From the human T2T-CHM13v2.0 reference genome, Homo sapiens, in the NCBI RefSeq assembly GCF_009914755.1, contig NC_060941.1: 64,000 bases of DNA, one strand, 5' to 3'. A program made the position numbers and the translations under genes. This document shows, in pieces, positions 42,004 to 62,374 of the stretch. Positions within the stretch are counted from its first letter, which is position 1. Each line of letters opens with the position of its first letter. The notes under the pieces are model-generated. The model had not been told where the DNA came from and did not search any database. It worked only from the letters and a program-made list of their open reading frames with translations.

Positions 42004-43329
42004 TATGTAAGTCACAGGTTGAGTGAAATAAAATCTGGTAACAATGCCACAACTGTTACATTTTAACACAACTTGTTAAAATTAAAGGTGATCAGGCATG
42101 GTGGCTCATGCCTATAATCCCAGCACTGGGAGCCAAGGTAGGAGGATCACTTGAAGCTGGGAGTTTGAGATCAGCCTGGGCAACATGGCGAGATCCCATG
42201 TCTACAAAAATTTTTTAAAAATTAGCCAGGTGTGGTGGTGCATGCCTACAATCTTAGCTATTCAAGAGGCTGAGGTGGGAGGATCACTCGAGCCCGAGAG
42301 TTCCAGGCTATAGTAAGCTATGATCATGCTGCTGCCCTCCAGCATGGGCAACAGACCAATACCCATTCTCTTAAAAAAAAAAAAAAAAGAAAAAAGAAAA
42401 ATTAAAGGCAAAAATGCCCAACAACTCTGTAGGTAGCTTACTTAGAACAAAATTTAACTCAATAGAGGTTTTCTACACTGGATGTTGGCAAACTGATCCA
42501 GTGGATCCTTCCTCCCTTTTGGGAAGTATAGTTGAACACAGAGAAGAGACTGATTACTAGGGTTTGAGTTGTTACCCTAAATACACTGAGTTACGCTTTA
42601 TGAATCTTCATGAGACATCCAGTATATCTGTCTTAGAAGTAATGGGACTCTGTGTTACTAAAACTACTGCTACTCAAACAAGGGATTTATTTATTTTTTA
42701 TCTAGAGGTAAATAATAAACAAGGAGCCCATGTCTTCTTTTTTCCCTGAATGCAGAAATTCCTTTTTCTTTTCTAATTAAAATGTGAAGTTTATAGGTCT
42801 CATGGGTTTATACACTAAGCGCTGTCTGTCCAATTCCTACATTCTATTCATGCATTTACAAGCTTTGATTATTATCTACATGCAAAGTACCAAGAGGCTA
42901 ATATAAAGAGAAAATATTTATTCTTTAAAATAATCATTGCATTGACCCTCACCTTCACAAGCTTAAAATTAGGTTGAGAAGCAAGACCTATGCACAAAAA
43001 ATAAGTCATGATTGCCAAATACAACAATTTTTTGTTTTTGAGACAGAGTCTCACTCCAACGCTCAGGCTGGAGTGCAGTGGCGCGATCATGACTCACTTC
43101 AGCCTCGACCTCCCAGGCTCAAGTAATCCTCCCACCTCATCTTCCTGAGTAGCTGGCACACGCCACCATGCCTGGCTAATTTTTTTTTTTTTTTTGGTAG
43201 AGACGGAGTCTTACTGTATTGGTCTGCCCATGTTGGTCTTAAACTCCTTGCCTCAAGCGATCCTCCTGCCTCAGCCTCCCAAAGTGCTGGGATTACAGCG
43301 TCAGCCACTGCACTCCACCAGTTTCTGAA

Positions 43330-43640
43330 CTCTTAAAAAGCATAAGAATGAGAACCAACACCTTCTGCTAGATGTCACCTTGTCTGGATGTGATGCATGG
43401 AACTGTGGTAACCATCTTGCATCTATAATGTGTGCTGGCCAAAAGACAAGGCAGACATGTTCAAGCTGGCAGAGCAGAAGGGCGAAAAGAAGAGGGGTCC
43501 TGACTGATGTCACTAAACCACAGATTTAAACCAACCCTAGACTGAGGCGTCTTGTTACTTGTAAGGATATATTTTCCTTAGTTTGAATTACTTTGAATTG
43601 GATTTTCTATTACTTGAAGTCTACAGCATCCTAATAATGC
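43330..43640 (+). mobile_element. MLT1-type LTR fragment
   Basis: tgtgatgcatggaactgtggtaaccatcttgc ... ttttctattacttgaagtctacagcatcctaat. Confidence 0.55.
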
Positions 43641-44231
43641 ATACAGTCATGTTTGAGATGCAAATTAGACAATTAAGTAGAGTTGTCCAATAGCCAACTG
43701 GATAGAAGCACCTGATCAAAGGAAAAGTCAACACTATAGCTACATATTTAGGAGATATCAGCAAACAGAAAGAATTTACATTTGGGGGCTGAGGAGACAG
43801 GATAAACAGAAAAGAAGGGGCTGAGCACCAAGCCTTAGGGCACCCCAAGGGCAGAGAAGAAAAGGATAACAATGAAGAAAGAAGAAATTAACAGTGAGGT
43901 AAAACAAAAACACTAAAGTACAGTGCACAGAAGCCAAGAGATTAAAAAAGACAGAGAAAAATGACCACTGAATTCAGTGACTCAATAATTCCTTAACATG
44001 AAGGTCCCCTTGTCCTTCCACCAGCCTCCTCCTCTCTGAAAAAAACACCAGACTTCATTAGCATAATGGTTAAGGGCTCAGACTTGGGCGGACTTCTGGA
44101 GCTATCACTCACTAGCTGTGGGTGATACTTAACCAGCCACACTAGTTAAAAGTGTGATCAGGAGGGGAATGGAAGCTGAGGAACAGAGCTAGAGTAGAAC
44201 TCAAAACAAAGAAAAGGTCTGAGTTAGGAAA

Positions 44232-45066
<835 letters not shown>

Positions 45067-45208
45067 TTGAGTTTGGACTTTTAAAGATGGGAGAAACAGC
45101 ATGTTTAAATGCTGAAGGGAAAGATCACCTCTGATTACAAAACTCTATTACAGAAATAACATTTTGGGGCCGGGTGCAGTGAATCACGCCTGTAATCCCA
45201 ACACTTTA

Positions 45209-45634
<426 letters not shown>

Positions 45635-47861
45635 TTAATTATAGGTTAGTTCATTAAGCTTTTAAAAACTGGTTGGCATGGTGGCTCATACCTATACTCC
45701 CAACACTTTGGGAAGCTGAGGCAGGCGGATAGGTTGAGCTCAGGAGTTCAGCCTGAGAAACATGGCAAAACCCCATCTCTACAAGAAATACAAAAAGTTA
45801 GCCAGGTAGCATGGTGTACCTGTAGTCTCAGCTACTTGGAAAGCTGAGGCAGGAGGATAGCTTGAGCCCAGGAGGCTGGGGCTGCAGTGGAGTGGAACAT
45901 TTGGGGCCTGGGCCACAGAGTGAGACCCTGTCTCCACAACAACAAAATTATATATAGAAGAAAAAGTATGGCCAGGTGCAGTGGCTTATACCTGTAATCC
46001 CAGTACTTTGAAAAGCTGAGGTGGGTGGATCACTTCAAGCCAGGAGTTCGAGATCAGTCTAACCAGCATGGTGAAACCCTACTAAAAATACAAAAAATTA
46101 GCTGGCTATGGTGGCAGGCTCCTGTAATCCCAGCTACTCAGGAAGCTGAAGCAGGAGAATCATTTGAACCCAGGAGGTGGAGGTTGCAGTGAGCTGAGAG
46201 TCGAGATCAGGCCACTGTACTCTAGACTGGGTGACAGAGCGAGACTGTCTCAAAAAGAAAAGAAAAGAAGAAAAGAAAAGAAAAACTATGACAAAACTAT
46301 GTCAAAGAAAAACTATGACAAATCTTAAACTCTGCCTCATTTCAGAGCACATCAACTGAAAGAAAAAAAGACGGATGGCCTGACAAGGAAAAGAAAAAAG
46401 ATGGATGGCTGGGCAAGGTGGCTCATGGCTGTAATCCCAGCACTTTGGGAGGCTGAGGTGGAAAGATCACTTGAGCCTCGGAGTTTTAGACCAGCCTAGG
46501 CAACATAGTACGACCTCATCTCTACAAAAAAAAAAAAAAAAAAAAAAAAAAATTAGCCGGGTGTGGTGGTGCATGCCAATAGTCCCAGCTACTCAGGAGA
46601 CTGAGAAGGAAGGATCGCTTGAGCCAGGGAGGTCAAGGCTCCAGTGAGCTGTGACCACACCACTACACTCTGGCCTGGGCAACAGCAAGACTGTCTCAAA
46701 AAGAAAAAAAGAAAAAGGATACCTTTTTAAAAAGTAGTAATAGAAAATAGTAAAGGAAAAGCGTCTAATTTTCTCTTGGTTATATTACAAAGATCATTCC
46801 GTAATTAAAACACAAACCCAAAGTACTAAACCACAAAAGCCCAGGTACTTTCAGAACTAAGAAAATCTACAATACAACTACATGAAACCATCTGGAATAT
46901 CCCCTTAAAACACTTTTAGTCTTCAAAACTTTCTCAAATCTGGCCAGGCGTGGTAGCTCACGCCTGTAATCCCAGCACTTTGGGAGGCCAAGGCAGGCAG
47001 ATCGCCTGAGATCAGGAGTTCGAGACCAGCCTGACCAATATGGCGAAACCCCATCTCTACTAAAAGTACAAAAATTAGCCGGGCATGGTGGCAGGCGCCT
47101 ATAATCTCAGCTACTCAGGAGGCTGAGGCAGGAGAATCGCTTTAACCCGGGAGGCAGAGTTTGCAGTGAGCCAAGATTGCGCCACTGCACTCCAGCCTGG
47201 ATGACAAGAGCAAGACTCAGTCTCAAAAAAAAAAAAAAAGAATTTTCTCAAATCTAAAGTATTTTTTCGCTTTGGTCTTACTGAAGAAGTATGTTGTCTT
47301 GAGATAAGCTTTCTATAAACTTGTGTACAAGAACCACATAAGAAAATATTTAAAAATTTTTATGTTAAATTCAGGAAATTCTAAAATGTGAAACCACTCC
47401 AAATTAAAACATGACCACTTCAAAGAAAAGGGGATAATTTCAAAGTTAAGACCAGAACAGCTTTTGACACAAACCACCGCATGTTGCAGAAACAGTAACC
47501 TAGTTTCATTTTGAGTATAGTGTTTGTTGCCCTCAAGGGATCTGCAACTTTCGAGCAAGACTTTTTTTCATTAAATGCCAGATAACAGATAAAGAGGGGG
47601 GGGGGGGAATCAATACATTTTCATGCTACAACATATCTTAACTCTTCAGTTTAAAAGAAGAAAAGCACAGTCCATATGAACACACATGTGTATCATATTG
47701 ACAAACCTCAGTTACTGGTGACCACACGAAAATTTCAACTCAAGGCTGAACTATAGAACATGTGACAATTTAATGATCTGCTTGTGAGGAGAAAACCCCC
47801 CTCAGTATCACATAAAAGTCTTAGCTATTTGCTCACTGGCACAACAACTGGTCAGTAATAA

Positions 47862-48231
<370 letters not shown>

Positions 48232-48810
48232 TAACTATCTTTTCCCAAAATACTGTTCTCTATAATGTACAATGAATGACTGCATATTTCAGTAAAACAA
48301 AAGTCCCAAACATCTACATTTCTGAATGAACAACCTGTTCAAGACACTATCTCCCTATAAACTCCAGAGAAGTTACTTTTAGGATATAAGATAAATCCAT
48401 TAGCAACCTTACACACCACAGACATTTACATTCTAACTGCACTGGAATGTCTAAAAAATTAGCCTACGAACACCAAAGTGACAGAGCCCAAGAGGAAGTG
48501 AACAGACTCCTGGCTTGCAGACAAATGAGTAGGTGGTGGAAACATTTATGTGGGGAGATGATTTTATACAATATCTTTCTTAATCTAAAGGAAACCACAG
48601 ATCTTCACAATGTATGTGCTATAAATAGATGTCATCAGTCGAAAACCTTAATAAACGTTTTGTTTTTGCTTGCTTGCCTTTAAAAAAAAATAACTTTTTT
48701 TTTTTTTTTAAATAACACAAATCCAATGCGTGGTCAAGATAACCAAACCAAGGATGTGACCGAGCAGGTTGCCCAGAGCCCTGGGTACACATAACTAAGT
48801 TTAATTCACA

Positions 48811-49420
<610 letters not shown>

Positions 49421-49487
49421 TTATTCCCCTTCACTGATTTATGTTGAAGAAAAGATTTTAATTAATAATGTTTTTTAATATATATAA

Positions 49488-50011
<524 letters not shown>

Positions 50012-50205
50012 TAAGAATCAAAAAGTTCTTGCCAAATAATTATTAGTCTCTTTTATAAATGCAGGAAACTAAGGCCCACTGGCTAAAAGATGAGTCAGAG
50101 GGGCCCTGAGAGTAAGAATTAGCCAAATTTATAACTGCTATGCGCTCTTCTCCCTTAAGATAAAATCCATTCAGATGACTGGCGACTTTTTGGAAGGGGC
50201 AGTGA

Positions 50206-50391
<186 letters not shown>

Positions 50392-51444
50392 TAGGCCCAG
50401 CTAATTTTTGTATTTTTAGTAGAAACGGGGTTTCACCATGTTGGCCAGCTAGTCGAGAAATCCTGATCTAAAGTGATATGCCCACCTCGGCCTCCCAAAG
50501 TGCTGGGATTACAGGCGTAAGCCACCGCGCCTGGCCGTGTTATTTCTTCAATAAACAAAACAACTAATCCTAAACTTTAAAAAGAAATGAAGTAGGCCGG
50601 GCGTGGTGGCTCACGCCTGTAATCCCAGCACTTTGGGAGGCTGAGGTGGGCCGATCACGAGGTCAGGAGATCGAGACCATCCTGGCTAACACGGTGAATC
50701 CCTGTCTCTACTAAAAATACAAAAAATTAGCCGGGCGTGGTGGTGGGTGCCTATAGTCCCAGCTACTCAGGAGGCTGAGGCAGGAGAATGGCGTGAACCC
50801 AGAAGGCAGAGTTTGCAGTGAGCCGAGATAGTGCCACTGCAGTCCAGCCTGGGCGAAAGAGCGAGACTCCATCTCAAAAAAAAAAAAAAAAGAAATGAAG
50901 TAATCAAACCCATTCAGATTCAATGCCTAAGATCATTTAGATGCGAAGTGTTAACAAAAGGATGTTGAAAAAAGCACAAGCATAAGAAACACTTAAAATC
51001 AACATCATCAAGCCTCAAAATATCAGACTTTTATTAAATTCACAAAATATTTATTGAGCACCTGCCATGTGCCAAGTGCCGCAGCCACAACTACAAGTGT
51101 AGTACAACAGATAGGATTCCTGGTCTCAGGAGGCTTACAGTCTCACAATTAGTTTATAAATAGATTGTGAGCATTTGTCCTAGTTTACTGGGAAAAGTCC
51201 TAGTTTATCACTGTTTTCTCCTAGAATAATGCTAATGATGCCCCCTCACAGGTCTCCAAGTCTGGACAAGTTACATGGTTACTTTATTTATAAAAAAACA
51301 AACAGGATGGGCTCAGTGGCTAATGCCTGTAATCCCAGCACTTTGGGAGGCTGCAGTGGGCAGATCACCTGAGGTCAGGACCTCAAGACCAACCTGGCCA
51401 ATGTGGCAAAACCCTGTCTCTACTAAAAATACAAAAATTAGCTA

Positions 51445-51585
<141 letters not shown>

Positions 51586-52305
51586 TCAAACAAACAAACA
51601 AACTACTATTCCTATAGGGCCACATGTTTGTAAAATGCATATTAAGATTTTAATCTTTAGCTTCAAACTTATTTTAGACATTCTTCTCATTTTGATATAT
51701 ATATGTTATATAATGAAAGCAAATATTTGTTTTAGTTTAAAAAGAGGAAATCAACTCTGATTTTATCACATCAAAATGTATACAAAGTAAATAAAATGAA
51801 TTAAAAAAATCAAAATGTCAAAGACCAAGTCCCTTGTGGGCAGGTAGCTCTTTTTAAAATACTGCTTTAGCATTCCAGCTTGTGCCTATCTTAGTACTGA
51901 GAACATATTATGGTTTCTAGATATTTCCCACTAAAAGGAAACAGGGCAGGGAATGTATGAGTTTGGAATATCTTGTCCTAAGGGAAAGAAAGGAAGCTAT
52001 CAAAAACTATCAGGAATGTGTCAAAAAGAATGAGGAACCAGCCTGATAAATGCCTATCTGGCAAAGATAGGACAACTGAGTATCAAAGGATTAATAAGAG
52101 TCATGGATTGAAACACACCAAATATGCTTAAATCCACTGGTCACCTTTAGAGGATGCTAAGACAGCCAACTCATTCTTTTGAAAACAGATAAATGAAGGG
52201 CAAAAATCATTCCTATCAGATCTGTACCCTAAGGAAACTAAACAGTTGAGGGGAAATTTTATATAAGTATTCCAGCTAATAACTGAAAAACAAATTATAG
52301 AATTA

Positions 52306-52651
<346 letters not shown>

Positions 52652-52795
52652 TCATCAATGACTCATAACAATACCCAAAAAGAGGCAACCAGCTTTTATA
52701 TCTCCTAGAATTATACACCACTACCTATTAAGTAATCTTGCCCCATGCCTGCAAGAAAAATTGAACCTTGGGTTTTTTTTTTTTTTTTTTTTTGA

Positions 52796-52912
<117 letters not shown>

Positions 52913-52959
52913 TAGAGGTGTGCACCACCACACCCAGCTAAGTTTTGTATTTTTTGTAG

Positions 52960-53151
<192 letters not shown>

Positions 53152-53509
53152 TGACACCATGTGGATATAATTAGCAAAATTCAGACTATGGAAAACTATA
53201 CAACAAATAACTTGGATTCCTCAACAAAAAACTGCAAGGAGGCTGCGCATGGTGGCGTATGTCTAACCCCAGCACTTTGGGAGGCTGAGGTGAGAGAATC
53301 TCTTGAGATCAAGAGTTCAAGACCAGCCTGGGCAACATAGTGAGACCCCTATCTCTACAAAAAAAATTTAGCTGGACACAGTGGTGTGTGTGTGCCTCCC
53401 AGCTACTTGGGAGGCTGAAGCAAGAGGATCACTTGAGCCCGGGAGATTGAGGTTACAGTGAGCCAAGACTGAGCCTCAGGCTGGGTGACAGAGCAAGACT
53501 TTGCCTCAA

Positions 53510-53574
53510 AAAAGAAAAGAAAAGAAAAGAAAAGAAAAGAAAAGAAAAGAAAAGAAAAGAAAAGAAAAGAAAAG
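53510..53574 (+). repeat. (AAAAG)13 pentanucleotide repeat in an Alu tail
   Basis: Counted directly. Confidence 0.92.
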
Positions 53575-55236
53575 AAAAACCCCCGCAAGGAGAGGAATGG
53601 AGAGGCAAAGGGGGAGGGGAGAGAAAGAAAACAAACCTACCCAATCACTTCTTGGGACGCTAATTCAAACAAACTGAAAAAACAATTATGAGTCAATTGG
53701 GACATACACATACTGACTGAATACTTAATGATGCTCAGGAAGTTTTTATAAATAATATGATGTCTGGAGTTGCTTTAAAATGAGAGGGGACAGGTAGGGA
53801 AGTGTAGTGAGTGTAGCAATCCTCCTGCCATGGCCTCCCAAAGTTCTGGGATTACAGATATGCACACTGCACTCATCCTAGTGTGTTTTTTCTTATGGAA
53901 CTGCCAAGTTATCCCTATGCATTTTTGTTTCCTAGAATGCTTGAGGATTTTTTCTTTTTTTCTAATAAGTGGTATGCTTCTGAATGAAACTGAATGAAAA
54001 ACAAAACAAAACAAAAAAAGAATTAAAAAAGTGATTTGCTAATGGAAGGAACACTTAAGAGTTCCATTTAAGCTGGGAGAAAAAGTGATTTTTTAAAAAT
54101 CCATATCTACTTCATATTGCCAATTCCGTCCTCCTCTGCCATAAACTAAACTGTTTCAAGGAATTACTCAATTTAATGCAGTGGCCAGGTGCAGTGGCTC
54201 ACGCCTGTAATCCCAGTACTTTGGGAAGGATTGAACACCTGAGGTCAGGAGTTCAAGACCACCCTGGCCAATATGGTGAAACTTTGTCTCTACTAAAAAT
54301 ACAAAAATTTGCCAGGCCAGCTATTCGGGAGGCTGAGACAGCAGAATTGCTTGAATCCAGGAGGCAGAGGTTGCAGTGAGTCGAGATCACACCATTGCAC
54401 TCCAACCAGGGAAACAGTGCAAAATTCCATCTCAAAAAAGAAAAAAAAACAACAAAACAAATGTAATGCAGTGAGTTTGGATGCCATGGTTTGCCATAGC
54501 AGGGATTCTTTGCATTGGTAAGTGTAGAGTGAAAGATACCCAAGTACTACCTTATCTACAATGGTATTCTGCCTCAAGATCAGTAGCTTTTTCTCCTTCA
54601 AGAATCACTAAATACTTAAATTTTCTCAGAGCAAGACATGAAACCATCCTGCAGAGAAGACTCTTGACTACTACTCTCAGTTAACAGTTAATTTCCTAGT
54701 AAACAAAAGTTGGCTATTTTCCATACACTAATGGACTTAGGGGCTTATAACTATACTGAAAAGGGTACTATTGCACAAGAACTATACTCACAGAAGTGAT
54801 AAATCATGTTTCTGCATGGAATACAAGAAGGGTGGGGAAAATTCTGCCCTACCTTAAAATGGCCTTGGGCAGAACTATCTGTGAATGTCACAAGATAACT
54901 CTTAAAGATACTAATGTCAAAGATAACTTACATATGTTTAAACAAACACAGAGATCCAGCTACATTATATATAGTATATATATGTGTACAATCTATGTTA
55001 TAACCAAAGCGAATCCATGAACAGATATTCAGGCTTCGGAATAGAGTTTTAAAGCTTAGGATGTTTCCAAATAGAAAAAGGATATTAGCTGAAAAACTAA
55101 TGAAATCTGAATTAAATACGAAGTGTAGTTAATAGTAATATACCAATGTCAGTTCCTTAGTTTTGAGAAACACACTATGGTTACGACTTTAACAAAAGAA
55201 ACCATGAGGAGTTTATGAGTACAGAGTTGCACTCTA

Positions 55237-55605
<369 letters not shown>

Positions 55606-56002
55606 TTATTGCAATAGCATAAACTATGTTATAATCACTTCAATTAACAGATTTTCTTTGATTCAAAAAGGCAGGCTGCTTTATCACCTTACTTTTCTCA
55701 AAAGTGAGACTTTTAAAAAATGGCTGGGTGCAGTGGCTCACAGCTGTAATCCCAGCACTTTGGGAGGCCAAGGCAGGCGAATCACCTGAGGTCAGGAGTT
55801 CAAGACCAGCCTGGTCAACATGGCAAAACCCCATCTCTACTAAAAATACAAAAATTAGCCAGGCATGTTGACAGATGCCTATAATCCCAGCTACTCAGGA
55901 AGCTGGGGTAGGAGAATTGCTTGAACCCGAGAGGCAGAGGTTGCAGTGAGCCAAGATCACACCACTACATTCCAGTCTGGGTGACAGAGCAAGACTCTGT
56001 CT

Positions 56003-56022
56003 ACATATATATATATATATAT

Positions 56023-56062
<40 letters not shown>

Positions 56063-56090
56063 TTTTATATAAATATTTATATATATTTTA
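56003..56090 (+). repeat. (TA)n(CA)n microsatellite replacing an Alu tail
   Basis: Read directly from the sequence. Confidence 0.9.
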
Positions 56091-57494
56091 AACTTTGATG
56101 TTTTAAGACATTATCAGGATTCTCGGTAAAGACTACCAATTAGCAAGTTGACTTGGGTTTTTCACCAGAATCCACATACAAACACGTGTAAGTATGCTTT
56201 ATGGCACAAATCCCCAACTGGCTAATACCAAGAAAACCTGACTGACTTCTGACATTAACTGGCATGGCTGATTACAGATCATAACACTATGGGAATTCAG
56301 CACTATTTTCCTAACCGTGAAACGTGCATATTTTTGGATGTAGCCATTGAAGAATTCACCACCAGAAGATGGTAAGTATAAAAAAAGTGTATACAAGAAC
56401 ATTCATTATAGCATTATTTATTATAACATAAATAATGGTACATACAGACACAGGCATACTGTATAACCATCTGAATTATGATGCAGATTTATAATAACTG
56501 ACATAGAAATATGACCATATAAAAAAGATTAAAGAACATGTGAGGATGGTGTCATGCAATTTCACTACTCAAAACCACGGACATACATATATATATATGT
56601 GCGCTCATATTGAGAGATGTCTCAGGATAGAAGTAAAGGTGGAAAAGGCCATATTTTTTTTTCTTCATATTTTTCTAGAATCCTTAGTTTTAAAATAAGC
56701 ATGTAGTCTGATGTAGTGACTCATGCCTGTAATCCCAGCACTTTGGGAGGCTGAGATGGGAGGATTGCTTGAGCTCAGGAGTTTTGAGGCCAGCCTGGGC
56801 AACATAGTGAGAGCCCACCTATACAGGAAAAAGTACAAAAATTAGCCAGGTGCCATGGCACATGTCTGTAAGCCCAGCTACTCAGGGGGCTGAGGCAGGA
56901 GGATCACTTGAGCCCAGGAGTTCAAGGCTGCAGTGAGTTAGGATCACACCACTGTGATCACACCACTCCAGCCTGGGTGACAGCGCAGGACTGTCTCAAA
57001 AACAAAAAAACAAACAAAAAGTTAGCCATCAGCCAAAAGACCCTAAGTTCACAGGTTGTCAATGTTAACTGCAATATTAGCTATATAATTTTAGCTTACA
57101 GATATAACATACACCATCACAATACTGTTTAACTCCAATGGACAAACTGTAATTTAAAATATCAAGTTATTTCATATAAATTCCATTTGTAAATATATAT
57201 ACTACTAATAGTGTTTGTACTTTAGTTGAGAAGATCAGTCAATATATTTTTTTTTTTTCACAAGCAAACAAATCTCTCGTCTTCTTGCCAAGGACTAACC
57301 TTTCCAAATCAATGAATTTGGGAGCTGAAAGAACTTATAATATATCCAAAATAAACCTATTATATGAGAGATGAGGAAACAAGAGGTTCAGAAAAGTTAA
57401 ATGGCTCCTCTAAGTCAGCAGCTAGCTGATGGCAGAGCTGAGCCTAGTACCCAGATTCTTCTCATAAGGCTCAAAGTGAAGTATTCCTACATAA

Positions 57495-58140
57495 AAATAT
57501 TAACAGTATCAGCTGCTGACAAAAATGTGGAACAAGTAGAATTTTTATGTCTTTCCAGTAGGGATGTAGAAACAATTTGGTAATTTCTTATAAGTTAAAG
57601 ATACATACTATATGACCTAGCAATCCCCCTCCTAGGTATTTACCCACAAGAAATGAAACTTATATTCACCCCAAAACCTGCCATGAACATTTACAGTGGC
57701 TCTGTTCATAATCACCCGAAACTGGAAGCCAAATGTCCCTCAAATGGTTACGAATGTACGTGATCTGTGGTATATCCATACAAAGGAGTATTACCTGGCA
57801 ATAAAAAGGAACAAACTGTTGATAAACCCAAATACTTAGAAAAATCTCAGCAGCATTACTATGAGTAAAAGAAGCCAGTCTCTAAAGGTTACATACTATA
57901 TGAGTCCATGTCACATTCTGCAAAAGACGAAACTACAGTGACAACAGATCGATAGTTGCCCAGGGTGAGGGGAGGGTATGAGTGCAATGGGACAGTGGGA
58001 GGGAGTTATCTGGAGTGATGGAACTGTTCCGTGTCCTGGCTGTGGTGGTGGTGGTGGTGGTTATACAAATTGATATTCACAGAACTGTATGAATATCAAA
58101 ATGTCAATTTTACTGTATATTAATTTAAAAAATAAATTAT
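57495..58140 (+). mobile_element. Old L1 (L1ME/MC-like) 3' fragment
   Basis: Typical L1 3' motifs tatgacctagcaatccccctcctaggtatttaccc and caataaaaaggaa. Confidence 0.75.
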
Positions 58141-58601
58141 TTACTCAGTCTCTGGTTTCTAAAAGCCAGAAGTACCTATAAATTTCAAATTCTTTTTTTC
58201 TGGAGGGGCAGGGTCTCACCCTGTCACCAGGCTGGCATGGAGTGGCATGATTCTGGCTCACTGCAGCCTCCACGTCCTAGGCTCAGGTGATCCTCCCATC
58301 TCAGCCTCCTGAGTAGCTGGGACTACACCACACCTGGCTAATTTTTTGATTTTTTGTAGAGAGAGGTCTGACTATGTTGCTTGGGATGGTCTCAAACTCC
58401 TACACTCAAGTGATCCTTCCGCCTCAGCTTCCCGAAGTGATGGCATTACAGGTGTGAGACACTGTACCCAGACAAATTCTTTAAAATTTTTTTTTTTTGA
58501 GACAGAGTCTCGCTCTGTCACCCGGGCTAGAGTGATGTGATTTCGGCTTACTACAACCTCCACCTCCTGGGAAAATACATTTTGTTAAGCACTATATAGG
58601 G

Positions 58602-58812
58602 CAGTGTTTTTTTCAAAGTGCCCATACCAACCCAATTTTTCTAAATGAAATAAAACAGAATGAAAATTCTAACAGATTGCCTCACAGTAAGATTAAGTAC
58701 TGTCTCAAAGTTTTTGTTTCAGTTGTGGGTGTAGGTACGAATGTGAATATGTGTGGGCACGCATGCACTGCTTCTTACTGTGGATCATAGTCAAAAAGTT
58801 TGAGAAATACTG
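58602..58812. mobile_element. hAT-Charlie-type MITE
   Basis: Inverted termini cagtgtttttttcaaa ... tttgagaaatactg. Confidence 0.5.
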
Positions 58813-59421
58813 CTAGAGGGAATTAAATAAACAACAGTTCTAGATTTAGAACAGTCCAGCCCTGCAAGAGTTGGCTTCTGTGGACATGTATTAGTACACA
58901 GTGCACCACCTGGTCTTACAAACATAAATCATCTTTAAAGAAATAAAAAATATCTTAAAAAATCTAACTTTCCATAAGAGGTGATGAAAGGATTGAGGAG
59001 AGATTGGAAGGCAGAACAAACTACCTTTTGGATATTAACTATAATACCTGACAAATTATAATACATGCAGAAGTGTTTATTTCTTTACCATAATCTAACA
59101 AGAAGAAATCAGCCATATGAAATTCAATAATTTCTACTATGCATATCATTTCCAAATTTTAATTTAAACATTTTCTCACTTAGCAATAGTTTCTTATTAT
59201 ATTATATAAGCTTTAAATATATCTCAAAGAACCAAATTATATTCTATTAGAGCAGGGTAAGACACACATTAAGATCACAAAAATAAAAATTATAAAAGAG
59301 AAAAAGAGGGGAAAAGGTAAAAATGTATCTACTTTTAAGAAAATTATACTGCTAAGTCTCTGCTGTGTAATATATAAAAAGGCTTTTTCTCTTTGTAGAA
59401 TAACCTTTCAGATAAAAGCTA

Positions 59422-59697
<276 letters not shown>

Positions 59698-59709
59698 TTA
59701 CTATTCTGA

Positions 59710-60042
<333 letters not shown>

Positions 60043-60325
60043 TAAAGAGCATGGCTACATACAATTACATACAATTTCATCAACCAATTGATTGACAGGT
60101 CTTCTAAATTCCAAAATATTCAAAACAAGATGAACTATTTTAAGTAAGTTATTCATGTTGCTATTTTGTTTAGAACTTCAGGGTTCTAAAAAGTTTAAAT
60201 ATATGTTACTTATAAAAGCTACATTAGATAAAAAACTTTTAATAATTAATTCAGGAGGGATTGTGATTTCAATATTATGAAATGAGACAGTAAAAGAAAA
60301 AAATTTGTCTGGGCATGGTGGCTCA

Positions 60326-60613
<288 letters not shown>

Positions 60614-60684
60614 TTAGTAGTGACCGGGCGCGGTGGCTCACGCCTGTAATCCCAGCACTTTGGGAGGCCGAGGCGGGCAGATCA

Positions 60685-60940
<256 letters not shown>

Positions 60941-62086
60941 TTATAATCATTTTAAAGACATTTTCCATCATTTTAGCCCCTCTTTATTTAAGGATAAAAG
61001 TATACAGGTTTTGCTCTTAGGTTGACTTGGGAATTCTCTTAATATTGTGAAAATCCAAGCTAGGTCTTTGAGAATGTGCTAAAAAAGGGTTTGAAATTAT
61101 TTTCCCCCACCAAATACTTCGTTATTTCATTTAAAATGTGATATTACAGGGCCGGGCGCAGTGGCTCACACCTGTAATCTCAGCACTTTGGGAGGCCAAG
61201 GCAGGTGGATCATAAGGACAGGAGTTCAAGACCAGCCTGGCTAACATGGCGAAATCCTGTCTCTACTAAAAAATACAAAAATTAGCCAGGCACGGTGGCA
61301 GGCGCCTGTAATCCCAGCTACTTGGGGGAGGCTGAGGCATGAGAATTGCTTGAACCCGGGAGGCGGAGGCTGCAATGAGCCGAGATCACACCACTGCACT
61401 TCAGCCTGGGGGACAGAACAAGACTCTGTCTGCAAAAAAAAAAAAAAAAAAAAAAAATCAAAACCAAAAAAAAAAACAAAAAAAACCCCTCCTCACAAAG
61501 AAAAAGTTCACTTAGCAAAACGTATGACAGTAAATCAATCACCTAAATTTTGTTTGTTTAGTCATTCTCGGCTCACATAGCATTAGGGCTATTATACATT
61601 CTAGCCAAATTAAGTTTTTTAAAGTATACTGCAAAATCTAAGGTGAGTCAAAGACCACCATATTTCAATCCCTCTTTATCAGCAATCCAATACTAGTGAC
61701 TGAGTCCACTGATGGGCAAGCCTGTAGGTGGCTCAATAATAAAAGAAAATAAGGATTAGCAGATTCTCCTGAGGTAAATCCTACTGTATTACTGATGTGT
61801 CTACCTTATCTGAAAAGTCTCTAGGTAACTCTTGTGGGCTCACAGACTTATCACAACGCTATCCTGCAACAAATTACAGAATAATTTAATTCTATAGTAA
61901 CCTAAGAAATCCTATTTTACAAGCTGTATGCATGGAATAAAACTGTATACATGGCCCTAATTGCATTTACTTTTCAAGGTAATCAATCACTTGAACTATG
62001 TTTTAAAAAAAAAAAAAAAAAGAGGCTGGGCACAGTGGCTCACGCCTGTAATCCCAGCACTTTGGGAGGCTGACGTGGGCAGATCA

Positions 62087-62374
<288 letters not shown>

